Shown here: one piece after another, positions 18,376 to 27,100 of the stretch
Layout: each line of letters begins with the position of its first letter
How positions within the stretch are numbered: position 1 is the first letter of the stretch
NCBI GenBank assembly: GCA_038046605.1
Contig: JBBSVW010000009.1
Location: forward strand, 4,940-53,980
DNA length: 49,041 bases
Direction: 5' to 3'
From: Candidatus Micrarchaeota archaeon
Lineage (GTDB): Archaea > Micrarchaeota > Micrarchaeia > Norongarragalinales > SBBD01
Program-made: the position numbers and the translations under genes
Notes under the pieces: generated by a model
Told to the model about the DNA's origin: nothing
The model's database searches: none
What the model saw: the letters and a program-made list of their open reading frames with translations, nothing else

Positions 18376-19162
18376 TGACTGTAGTAGCCCACAGGGTAGC
18401 TTTTTGGAGCCTATCATTTTTATATGCTATGTCGAAGCCGATATTTTTTGAAAAATTGACAAACGAGGTTCTTTTAACTCGTAAACGAAGCATGCAAGTT
18501 GTAGTATCATCCCGTTTTCTCTTAAGTTCATCTATTTTTGTTATTTCCGAGGTCTCCACCCCCAAATCGGACATGATTTTCCTCATGTGATTCAAAAAAA
18601 GGTAACCGTTTTCAACAATCGACATTTCCTTACCCATTGAATACTTCAATTCCCAGTAACCATATTTGCCAGTCTTGAAAACAGAACCCTCACAAGAGAA
18701 TGCCCTTCTTAAAAACGCCGATTTTATTTCGTTTGGCCCTCCTAAAATCCATTCGGGTATCGAGTATTTTTCCGTAACTTTATCGCCAATTTGTGTACCG
18801 CAAAGCATCAATATCCGGGATAGCGCTGAATTGCACAGAATTACGCCTGTGCTGTGGCCATTCACCCTTTTGCCCCAACTCCTTATTTTCCCCTGGACTC
18901 CAAAAACTTTCATGAGTAGTGAATTGAAGTAATCAAGTTCCCCGATATTTTTAGAGAAATAGCCCATGTAGTCATATTTCCAATGATTGTCTATTTTTCT
19001 TCCCTCCAAATGCCCATCAGTTAGGAGGCTTGCCACAATCTCAGCCAGTTCCGGTGAAGAGGTTACCGGAAACCATCCGCCATATTTTGAGATTGCTTTT
19101 TCCGCGAAAACGGAGTACCTGTAAGTAGATGCAAATCTTTCCTTATCCACAAGAATTTCCAT
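18329..19162 (-). CDS. Free-standing double-motif LAGLIDADG (intein/DOD-type) homing endonuclease-like protein
   Basis: LAEIVASLLTDGHL and SAFLRRAFSCEGS motifs, IPEWI linker, C-terminal F.KNIGF...KNDRL. No intein splicing termini. Confidence 0.8.
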   Translation of the reverse strand: MEILVDKERFASTYRYSVFAEKAISKYGGWFPVTSSPELAEIVASLLTDGHLEGRKIDNHWKYDYMGYFSKNIGELDYFNSLLMKVFGVQGKIRSWGKRVNGHSTGVILCNSALSRILMLCGTQIGDKVTEKYSIPEWILGGPNEIKSAFLRRAFSCEGSVFKTGKYGYWELKYSMGKEMSIVENGYLFLNHMRKIMSDLGVETSEITKIDELKRKRDDTTTCMLRLRVKRTSFVNFSKNIGFDIAYKNDRLQKATLWATTVRDPRKQVFRELIPVA

Positions 19163-19312
19163 TTTAGCTCGAAGATTTTTCGAAAAAAATAGTATATAAG
19201 GACGATGGGGGATAACTTCGGGTGAGGTGTAAAAATTAATCCATGGTAAAATATAGTATTGGCAAATCTATGTAAACTACCTGCCGCTGAAGCGGCAGGC
19301 GTTTGAGGCTAA

Positions 19313-19759
19313 TTAAAAATCAGAGAGCACCGATTGCTTTTCCCAGTGCTTGCGCTGCTGGCGCTCGATGTAGTAGCGCACTGTTTCCGCAGTGACGCGC
19401 CCGACTGTTTCCGCGAAATAGCCCCCTGACCAGAAGCGGTTGCCCCAGAGCTTCGTGCGGACGCGCTCCGCGAAATGCAGGCGCAGGAAGCGCGACGTCG
19501 CGCCCTTGAAGCGCTGCGCAAGCTGCGATGCCGAATAGTTCTTGCACCTGCAGACGAACAGGTGCCAGTGGTCGGGGCCAAACTCGCTCGCGCCGATTTC
19601 GATTCCAAGCGCGCTCGCGATGCGCTTTGCCTCGGAAGCGCAAGCTTCTTTAAGCACCCCGTCGCGAAACATATCGCGCCGGAATGCGGGCGTGAACTGG
19701 AGGTGGAAATTCCAGCCGCCGAAGGCGTGGTTCATGGAAATCAGGCTGTCGCTACTCAT
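19313..19759 (-). CDS. tnpA: IS200-type Y1 HUH transposase
   Basis: HLQFTPAFRR, PDHWHLFV (HUH), FKGATSR, FWSGGYFAETVG and YYIERQ (catalytic Tyr) motifs. Confidence 0.93.
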   Translation of the reverse strand: MSSDSLISMNHAFGGWNFHLQFTPAFRRDMFRDGVLKEACASEAKRIASALGIEIGASEFGPDHWHLFVCRCKNYSASQLAQRFKGATSRFLRLHFAERVRTKLWGNRFWSGGYFAETVGRVTAETVRYYIERQQRKHWEKQSVLSDF

Positions 19760-19771
19760 GGTTCATTACCT

Positions 19772-19815
19772 CGGGCGGCTATCTTCGCGCCGCGCGCAAG
19801 CGGCGCAGCCGCCCG
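19772..19815 (-). promoter_or_regulatory. GC-rich hairpin abutting the tnpA RBS
   Basis: CGGGCGGCT...AGCCGCCCG stem enclosing GCGCCGC/GCGGCGC, directly followed on the minus strand by GAGGTAATGAACCATG. Confidence 0.6.
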
Positions 19816-19950
19816 AACCTATCAGTAGCGCATTAAAGGCATTGGTTGCAGTAAGGACAACTTTTGCGAAAGTTTTCCTTACAATCTTTCAAAAGCTGGG
19901 TTCAATTCAACCACGGACTGAAGTCGGTAGGGGTTCTTGAACCTAGGCGT

Positions 19951-20739
19951 CTAAACTTCAAAATAAGTCCTGGCTTCCATTATGTTTGCAACCTCCTTTA
20001 CCTCCAATTTCCACTTATCCATCGCATATTTTGCAAGGTCGAGCTTGTGGGGAACGTAGCTTACCTCCTGAAAAACAAATGGCCCAACCCGGCGCTGCTT
20101 AACCTGCTTTTCATAATAAATTAGGTTTATGAAACCCTTTGGAACAAGGAAAAGTTTGAAGCCGCCCTCGGAAGCCGCCTGAGCCTTTTCAAGGACGCCC
20201 CCAACCTGCCCAATGGAACCATCCGGCTCGATTGTTCCAGTCATTGCTACCCCTTCCTTTGGGCGCTTATTTTGGATTGCCGCAAGAGTTGCAATTGTTA
20301 TTGCGGCCCCGGCAGATGGCCCTCCAACAAGCGAGGTATTTGCCTCAAATGTAAGAATGACGTCGCGGTCATCAAGATTGACGCCGGCGGTCTTTTCCGC
20401 AATGTTAACCGCGGTTTCCGCGGAAAATTGGGTGTCGGGCTCGACAAATGGATTCGTGTTTATAAGAACGCGCCCCTTGCCGCTCCTCACCTCGATGTTC
20501 GCGTAACTAACGATGCCCGCATTATCATCGCTTTTGACCGCAAGCACGGGCATGCGTGAATTATAAACTTCTGTGAACGATAGGGGCCTGGTTGTTATGG
20601 AAACCTTGCCGTCCTGCTCGGAATATACCCGTTCAACAAGCGTTGGAGGGAAGAAATTTTGGTAAATCAAAAGCCCAACTAAAATTCCGAGCACGAAAAG
20701 CCCGCCCATGAAAAAGTTATTGGAATTGTTCCTTGCCAT
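19951..20739 (-). CDS. Membrane-anchored Lon-like (S16) proteolytic domain protein without ATPase
   Basis: N-terminal TM; VGGPSAGAA (catalytic Ser) and MTGTIEPDGSIGQVGGVLEKA (catalytic Lys). Confidence 0.88.
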   Translation of the reverse strand: MARNNSNNFFMGGLFVLGILVGLLIYQNFFPPTLVERVYSEQDGKVSITTRPLSFTEVYNSRMPVLAVKSDDNAGIVSYANIEVRSGKGRVLINTNPFVEPDTQFSAETAVNIAEKTAGVNLDDRDVILTFEANTSLVGGPSAGAAITIATLAAIQNKRPKEGVAMTGTIEPDGSIGQVGGVLEKAQAASEGGFKLFLVPKGFINLIYYEKQVKQRRVGPFVFQEVSYVPHKLDLAKYAMDKWKLEVKEVANIMEARTYFEV

Positions 20740-20928
20740 GCTTCATCCACATAGCGTTTCTTTAGTTTGCAAGATATAAACGTATTGAAATGGTTAGGGT
20801 GGGGAAAGGGACATTTTGGGCTTGTGGGAGATTGAAAGAGGATTAGCTCCATGGGCAAATTATGGTTTGAATTAAAAAATCAGAAGTATTAACCATTATT
20901 TAACACGCGCGAACAATGCGAAAATCCC

Positions 20929-22269
20929 CTAATGCTTCGGCTTTTTGCGAACCTCATCCATATGGCGGATGCGCTTTTGCAAAAGCTCCTTGGTTCCAAT
21001 ATCCCTGCGATGGAAAACCGGGCCCTTGATTTGGCGTATGGAATGCTCGGCAATTTGCTCGGCTTCAATAATTGTATCCGCAATGCCAACGCATGCAACC
21101 GCCCTCGATGTACCCATCCTAAGTTTCCATGGCCGCTCTTCGCCTAGTTCTTCCACAGCCCCCAAATAGTATTTTGCGGAGGAGTTTCCAAGGTCGGTAA
21201 TATCAATTATTTCGCCTTTTTTGGGATTTTCAGGATAGCCTTGCGGAACGGCGTATTTCACAACCGATGCCTTCTCCTCGAATTTGAGTGAGATTTTGGA
21301 GAGATGGCCATTTGAGGCAGCCTCACATACTTCCACAAAATCATTTTTCATCAGGGGAAGGATGTTCATTATTTCGGGATCGCCAAAGCGCGCGTTGTAT
21401 TCGATTAGTTTGACGCCATTTGCCGTAAGCATGAACCCGCCATACATGATGCCATGGAAGTATTCGTTAAGTTCATCCTTTAGCGCGAATGCAACCTTGT
21501 TGGTGATATGCTCTGCTTCCAAAAGATCCTTCTTGGTCAGGAACGGAAGCAGATGGTTGGAATCGGAATATGAGCCCATGCCACCGGTATTTGGGCCAAA
21601 ATCCCCCTCATAGGCACGCTTATGGTCCTGCACAATTGGGGAGGGAAGGACGGCCCTGCCGTCCGTGAAGAATTGGATGGAAAATTCCTCACCAACGAGT
21701 TTTTCCTCTATCACCACTTTGCTTTTCACGGCAATGATTTCGGAGGCATAATCCATCGCTTTATCCAATGTTTTGATGTGCTCGCCAAACACCATAACAC
21801 CCTTGCCGCCGGTTAGGCCATCGGGCTTGATTACAAAATCCCTTAGATCCATCATGTAATCCTTCATCCCATCTATGGAATCAAAAACCTTGTGCTCGAG
21901 GGAGCCTTCAATTTTGTATTTGTCCATTAGATTGCGTGTAAATGCTTTGGAGCTCTCCAGCCTTGCAAGTGATTTTTTAGGGGCGAAAACGGGAATTTCC
22001 ATATCCGAGAGGATGTCGGCAACGCCAATTGCAATTGCATAATCGGGGGAAATAACGGCAAGATTGGGACTTACGGTTTTGGCATATTTGCGGATTGAGG
22101 CAAAATCATCCACCTTCCCCAATTGGTGGCTCTTGGAACGGCGAAGAACTGAGGGGTTTGGGCTTTGGAGGTATGAATGGAGCTCGCTATCAGCGCTCCT
22201 CTCGATTGCTTCCGCAAGGCAATCCGCCCTGGCAGTTGAGCCAAGGGCTACAAGCAGCACTTTTTTCAT
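20929..22269 (-). CDS. purD: Phosphoribosylamine-glycine ligase (PurD)-like ATP-grasp enzyme with divergent N-terminus
   Basis: ARLESSKAF, VIKPDGLTGGKGV, QDHKRAYEGDFGPNTGGMGSY and IEYNARFGDPE motifs. Confidence 0.85.
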   Translation of the reverse strand: MKKVLLVALGSTARADCLAEAIERSADSELHSYLQSPNPSVLRRSKSHQLGKVDDFASIRKYAKTVSPNLAVISPDYAIAIGVADILSDMEIPVFAPKKSLARLESSKAFTRNLMDKYKIEGSLEHKVFDSIDGMKDYMMDLRDFVIKPDGLTGGKGVMVFGEHIKTLDKAMDYASEIIAVKSKVVIEEKLVGEEFSIQFFTDGRAVLPSPIVQDHKRAYEGDFGPNTGGMGSYSDSNHLLPFLTKKDLLEAEHITNKVAFALKDELNEYFHGIMYGGFMLTANGVKLIEYNARFGDPEIMNILPLMKNDFVEVCEAASNGHLSKISLKFEEKASVVKYAVPQGYPENPKKGEIIDITDLGNSSAKYYLGAVEELGEERPWKLRMGTSRAVACVGIADTIIEAEQIAEHSIRQIKGPVFHRRDIGTKELLQKRIRHMDEVRKKPKH

Positions 22270-22392
22270 CAGTTTCCCACGGTTATGTTTAGCGCACTAG
22301 GGTTTTTAAGGAAAATTATTTTGGGTTGCTAAGGCAAAAGAAGGCACCGCAATAAATTGCAGCCGGAATAAATTTTTTTTACTTCGCCGGGA

Positions 22393-24177
22393 TTAGACCA
22401 TATCCCCCGAATTCGACTTTTTCTGGCTGAAATTGCCCTTCGAGGTTTCGAGATCATCCAATTTGGAGATGAAATCGCGCCGGAGCTCCTTCATTTTCTG
22501 GTCGTTTTCCTTTTCGAGGTCGCGCAGGGCCCTTTCCATATCGTTCAGGTGGTGCTCGAGCTTTATCAGGGACATATCAAATACGATAAGCTTTTCGTTG
22601 ACGCCCTTTTGGAGGTTTGAAAGATCGCCCTTGGTGATGGTGCTAGCAGAAAGCGTTCTTAGCGAATAGACCTCCTTTACAAGGTCGCGCACAACCGAGG
22701 TGTTGTCGGCAACATCGGAAACGGCGGAATCAAGCTTGCGCTCGGATTTTTGGAGGTAGTCCTGCGTTTTGGTTTCAATGGTTTTTAGGCGCTTATCAAG
22801 CTCGTTTGCCTCGCCTGCGAATTCCTTGCTCTCAAAACCCATATCGCCAATAGTTTTGGATATTTTTTCCCCGGTTGCTTCGACTGATTCCATGCGCTTT
22901 TCATAATCGGAAATGACTTGGTTTTGCGCCTTTTCGGCACTTTCCATTTCCCCAAATTCCTTGGCCAATTTCCCGTTTTCCACCTGCGCCGCTTGGAGGT
23001 CGGCCATGATTTTCACAAGGGAGGCAATGTCCTTGCGGGCCTTATCGATGTCGGATTTGGAGGCGTTAAGCTGGGAAATTGATTTTTCAGTGCCGGAGAG
23101 GCGTTTTTCGCTTTCCTCAAATTCGGAAGCGGCTTTTTCGAGGGAGGAAATTCTGCCGTCAAAATCCTTCTTGAATTTGAGGCTTTCGGAGAGAATGGAT
23201 TTTTGAAGTTCAGATTGCATGGCATTTATCTTATCCGAGGCTGCTTCCGCATTTGTGATTTTTTTAAGAATACCCTTCTCGGATTCCTCGATCCCCTCTT
23301 TTGCTTCCTTTAAAATATCCGTTTTGAGCATTTCGGATTTGGCAACCGCCTTGTCCACCTCAATGATCTTGGAATCGAGCGATTCGCCGTATTCCTTCAG
23401 TTCGCCCTTCAATTTTAGGAAATCGGATTTGCTGGCGGAACTATCCACCTTCACCTTGAATACATTGAAATCCTTCATTATGTCCTTGAATTCGGAATCG
23501 AGCTCCTTTACATGGTCAAATACCTTCTGGTACTCGTAAAAATGCTGCTGGAAATCCGCGTGGATGGCCTCGATCTTGTCAGCGCGCTGGTCCATCTTGT
23601 TTTGAATTTGGAGGGCGGTTGAGAGCTCGGTTTTGACCTCCTCGTTCAATTTAAGCATGGTTTCAGAGCCGCGTATGACTTCTGTTCGCTGCCGCAAATC
23701 CTTTAATTCATCCACAAGCCTTTGCTGCATTGCCGCAAACTTCTCCTCCATCCCCTTGGCGGCCTCAATTTTTGCCTCCAGTTTCTTTACCTCCATCATC
23801 AGCCGCTCTGGCTGGACCATTTGAATAAGTTCAATTGCCTTTTCCGCCTGCACCTTGATTGTGGCACCGTCGCGCTCCGAATCAAGAACGGTTGCACGGA
23901 TTTCCCCGACCTGCTCTGAAAATTTCGAAAAGCGCTCATCAGTGACCTGCTTGTTTTGCTTCATGAGCTCTATTTGCACTTTGAGCAGTTCCACATCCTT
24001 CTCGAGCTGCACGATCGTGCGGTCCTGCGAGAGGGAGTTGCTTTTGGGTTTCTCCGCCTGCTGGGAACGCGCCTCATCCTCATAGCGCTCCTCGGAGGAT
24101 TTCATCATCATATCCTCCCTTGCCTGCAGCTCCTCTTCGGTTGGCTGCTTTTTCATGACGCCATCAAGGATTCCCAT
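22393..24177 (-). CDS. Long coiled-coil cytoplasmic protein, likely co-transcribed with the giant gene
   Basis: Heptad-rich E/K/L sequence; starts 6 bp after the giant-gene stop, with a GAGGA RBS overlapping that TGA. Confidence 0.8.
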   Translation of the reverse strand: MGILDGVMKKQPTEEELQAREDMMMKSSEERYEDEARSQQAEKPKSNSLSQDRTIVQLEKDVELLKVQIELMKQNKQVTDERFSKFSEQVGEIRATVLDSERDGATIKVQAEKAIELIQMVQPERLMMEVKKLEAKIEAAKGMEEKFAAMQQRLVDELKDLRQRTEVIRGSETMLKLNEEVKTELSTALQIQNKMDQRADKIEAIHADFQQHFYEYQKVFDHVKELDSEFKDIMKDFNVFKVKVDSSASKSDFLKLKGELKEYGESLDSKIIEVDKAVAKSEMLKTDILKEAKEGIEESEKGILKKITNAEAASDKINAMQSELQKSILSESLKFKKDFDGRISSLEKAASEFEESEKRLSGTEKSISQLNASKSDIDKARKDIASLVKIMADLQAAQVENGKLAKEFGEMESAEKAQNQVISDYEKRMESVEATGEKISKTIGDMGFESKEFAGEANELDKRLKTIETKTQDYLQKSERKLDSAVSDVADNTSVVRDLVKEVYSLRTLSASTITKGDLSNLQKGVNEKLIVFDMSLIKLEHHLNDMERALRDLEKENDQKMKELRRDFISKLDDLETSKGNFSQKKSNSGDMV

Positions 24178-24183
24178 AATTCC

Positions 24184-27100
24184 TCACGCGATATCCTTAT
24201 TCTTATCATCCTTTCTTGATTCCAAACCTGCATCATCCTTTTGAGGTTTTGAAATATCAGCAAGGCCCAGCTTTATTGGCTTATCCTTATCTTCGTCCTT
24301 TTCTGCTTTTGTATTATTTGTGGTAGCTGGTTCACCACTTGCATTACTTTCCCGCCTGATTTCCCCGCCTAAGCTCCCAATCCCAAGGTCGGAAAAATCA
24401 ATCATCCTATCCGGCTTCCGTTTCGATTTCCTCTTCATCCCCTCGATTTTCTGCTCGAGGGATTCGAGGTATATTTCAACTATATTGAACGCGCCCTTCT
24501 TAACCTTATCCCTGGCAAGGTTAATTTCCAGCTCCAAATCCAAAACATCCTCGCCCTGGCTGCGAAGTTTTTCCATCTCGAACTCCAACTTCTCAACCTT
24601 GGTGTTGTACTCCTCATATTGGGAAAGTTCCGTATCGGATAGCCTAACGATGTTGTGCAAAAGCGGCCTGAAGGATACAAAGTAGGGCTGGCCGTTGTTA
24701 TATTCTGAATTTTGGACCATTCCAGATCCAATGCTCTCCTTCACTATGGAACGCGCGGCATCCTCGCCGAATTTGAGCTTTAGCCTCTCAAGGTCTCCTT
24801 CATATTTCGTGCGCATTTGTATTTCCGTGCCGATGTTCGCCTTGATTTCACCCACGAAATCCGAAAGCACCTGCGAAATGAGGACCATTCCAACCCCCCA
24901 TTTGCGGAACTCACGCGCTCCGCGCTCGATTTGGATGAACCCCTCGCCCCTTCCGCCGAATTTGGGAAGCAGGCGGTGGACTTCATCATAAACAAGGAGC
25001 AATTTGAGCTCTGGCGATTCGGTAAGGCCAGCTGCAAAAACCTGCTTTATTGTGTTTGCAACGAATGTCTCGTGATCGGCAAACGAGAGCTTGTTCATGA
25101 CAAAAATGGTCGCCTCGCCAGGCTTTGCAACTTTCCGGATGTCGATTGGCAAGTTGGGGTCGCGCACAACAAAGATGTTGCCCTTGAAGGCGCGCGCGCT
25201 ATCGGTATTGAGGCCGTAGTGCTTATATTGCGAAAGCATGTCACGGTTCTTTTGGGGGCGCAAAAAGCCCGTCCATTGCGCGGTTGGATCGAAAATCAGA
25301 ACGGAAATATTTTTCATGAGCGCCTCCTCAGCAATGACCTGCGCGGCGACGGTTTTTCCTGAGCCGGTTGCGCCTGCAATCAGGACGTGCGTTTGCAGCT
25401 TATCCAGTGAAGCGAACGCGCGCACCTTGGATTCGGCAATTAGGCCCAAGAACCCCGAACGCGGCCCGGGCTCCGGGAGTTTGGTGAAATCAACCCTGGC
25501 AATGTACCTGCGCTTCTTTTGCGCAATTTGGTATTGGCGATAGTAAGTGATGAAAGAGGCTGCGAGAATCAGCAGTATGGGCAATAGCTGCCAAAGGGAG
25601 AGCGTGCCGAACAATTTGCTGGACCATATTGATGCCTGCACCTTGAAATATGAGATGGCGGAAACCTCCCTAAGCTTTCCTCCCTCGACAGAATATAGCA
25701 GGATTCCGCGTACAACAAACCTGCCGTTGCGCGTTTCCCTTGGAATTTTTACCGCCCGGATGCTGTTATAGGTTGTTTGGAACGAAATCGATTCGGTTTC
25801 GCTTTTGCTTAGTATTTCATCCGTGACGGGATCCACCAGTTCAAGGGTGAATTGGCCCGAAATTTCCTTTGGTTCGCCCAAATTATACAGGCTCAGCTCC
25901 ACCCGAAGCGTTTCGCCCGGATCCAGGGTATCCACCAAAGGCTGCAGCCTCAAATCTATCAGCCGATCCTCCTTCTTTTCAAGGACACGGACAGTTACAG
26001 GTATTGAAATCCTGCCGATCTCATTTGCCAATTGGAGCTCCCCAAAAAAGTTTCCTGCCCTTGTACCATCCGGAATTGAGCCAAAAACCAACAGGTCGGT
26101 TTCGTGGAGGCGGTTTAGCTTGATAGTTTTTGTCCCTGTTGTAATAAAGGGCCTAATTCCCCCCACCATGGAAACATTTATCTCTGAGGAAATATTCAAC
26201 AAGTTTTTAATGTGGATTGCGCTTTGGGTGCTTTCGCCGGGGTAGAGCTCAAAAGTGAGGCTGGAAACGCCGGGCTCAAGCCCGATGCTTTCCGTCTTGT
26301 TTTCCTTAAGGAGTTTTTTGAGCTCCTCTAACTGTGCGGTGATGTTGTCGGCTTTGGGCGTTGCGCTTGGGGTTGCAGTGGCGGGGGGAGGATTATAACT
26401 GCCGCTTGAGCCGCCGGAACTTCCGCCGGTCGTGGTCGTGCCTCCGGGTGCGGGCGTTGGGGTTGGCGCAACATACTGCACAAGCGCGAATGCGGAAATG
26501 TTATTCGCAAACGATGAGAAATTCGCGGATATGATGTTCGAAATGGAATTTGTAGTGGTATTGAGCAGGTAATCCCAGCTTCCCACACAAGTGCGTGAGG
26601 CATAGGTGTAATTCGCGCATTGGTAAATCCGGAGGAGCGATTCGTCGGTGATGCTTGAGAGCAGTGGAGCATAATCAATCACGAGCGAGCCATTTGTTGG
26701 CGCCTGGATTATCGCCGCAAAGCCCGCCTTGGCGCCTGCGATTTGCGATGAGATGTCCGAACCGGTGAAATTGTCGAGGGTGATGAAACCCTGGTTGATC
26801 GTATTGAAATCAACCGAATTTATGGTGGCGTTGTAGAAGAGGAATTTGATCCCAAGCTCGTACCATTTTGCCCTAAGGGACTTGTTATAGTGGCCCGTGG
26901 CGTTGGTTGTGAAATTATCTAGGTTGCCATCGGTGGAATTCCTGATGGAGAAGTTTACGAAAAGAAATTGGCCTTCAAGATTTTGGAGGGAGCCATTGAA
27001 TTGGCGCGTTTGGTAGATTTCAAATGAGCCATTCAGGGAGGAGTTGGAGTTGCCGGTTGTATCGTTCGCAGCGTAATTTATCGTATGGAGGCCAAGGGAT

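Larger units (their letters stand above)
19272..19942 (-). mobile_element. IS200/IS605-family element, tnpA only (~670 bp)
   Basis: Right-end hairpin CCTGCCGC-TTCA-GCGGCAGG followed by TAGTTTAC; left-end imperfect hairpin TCAAGAACCCCTACCGAC-TTCA-GTCCGTGG; GC-rich tnpA between them. Ends are approximate. Confidence 0.75.

Noticed and set aside
18329-19162. LAGLIDADG ORF as an intein or as an ORF encoded inside the tRNA intron
   Set aside because: It has no Cys/Ser start, no His-Asn end and no host extein. The 3/4 intron is only 32 nt, and the ORF lies mostly upstream of exon 1.
19272-19942. TnpB/IscB RNA-guided nuclease associated with the IS
   Set aside because: The right-end hairpin follows the tnpA stop directly, so there is no room for such a gene and no RuvC-like ORF.
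20797-20828. G-quadruplex-like G-run cluster upstream of the Lon-like gene
   Set aside because: It is a single occurrence with no supporting conservation and can arise by chance.
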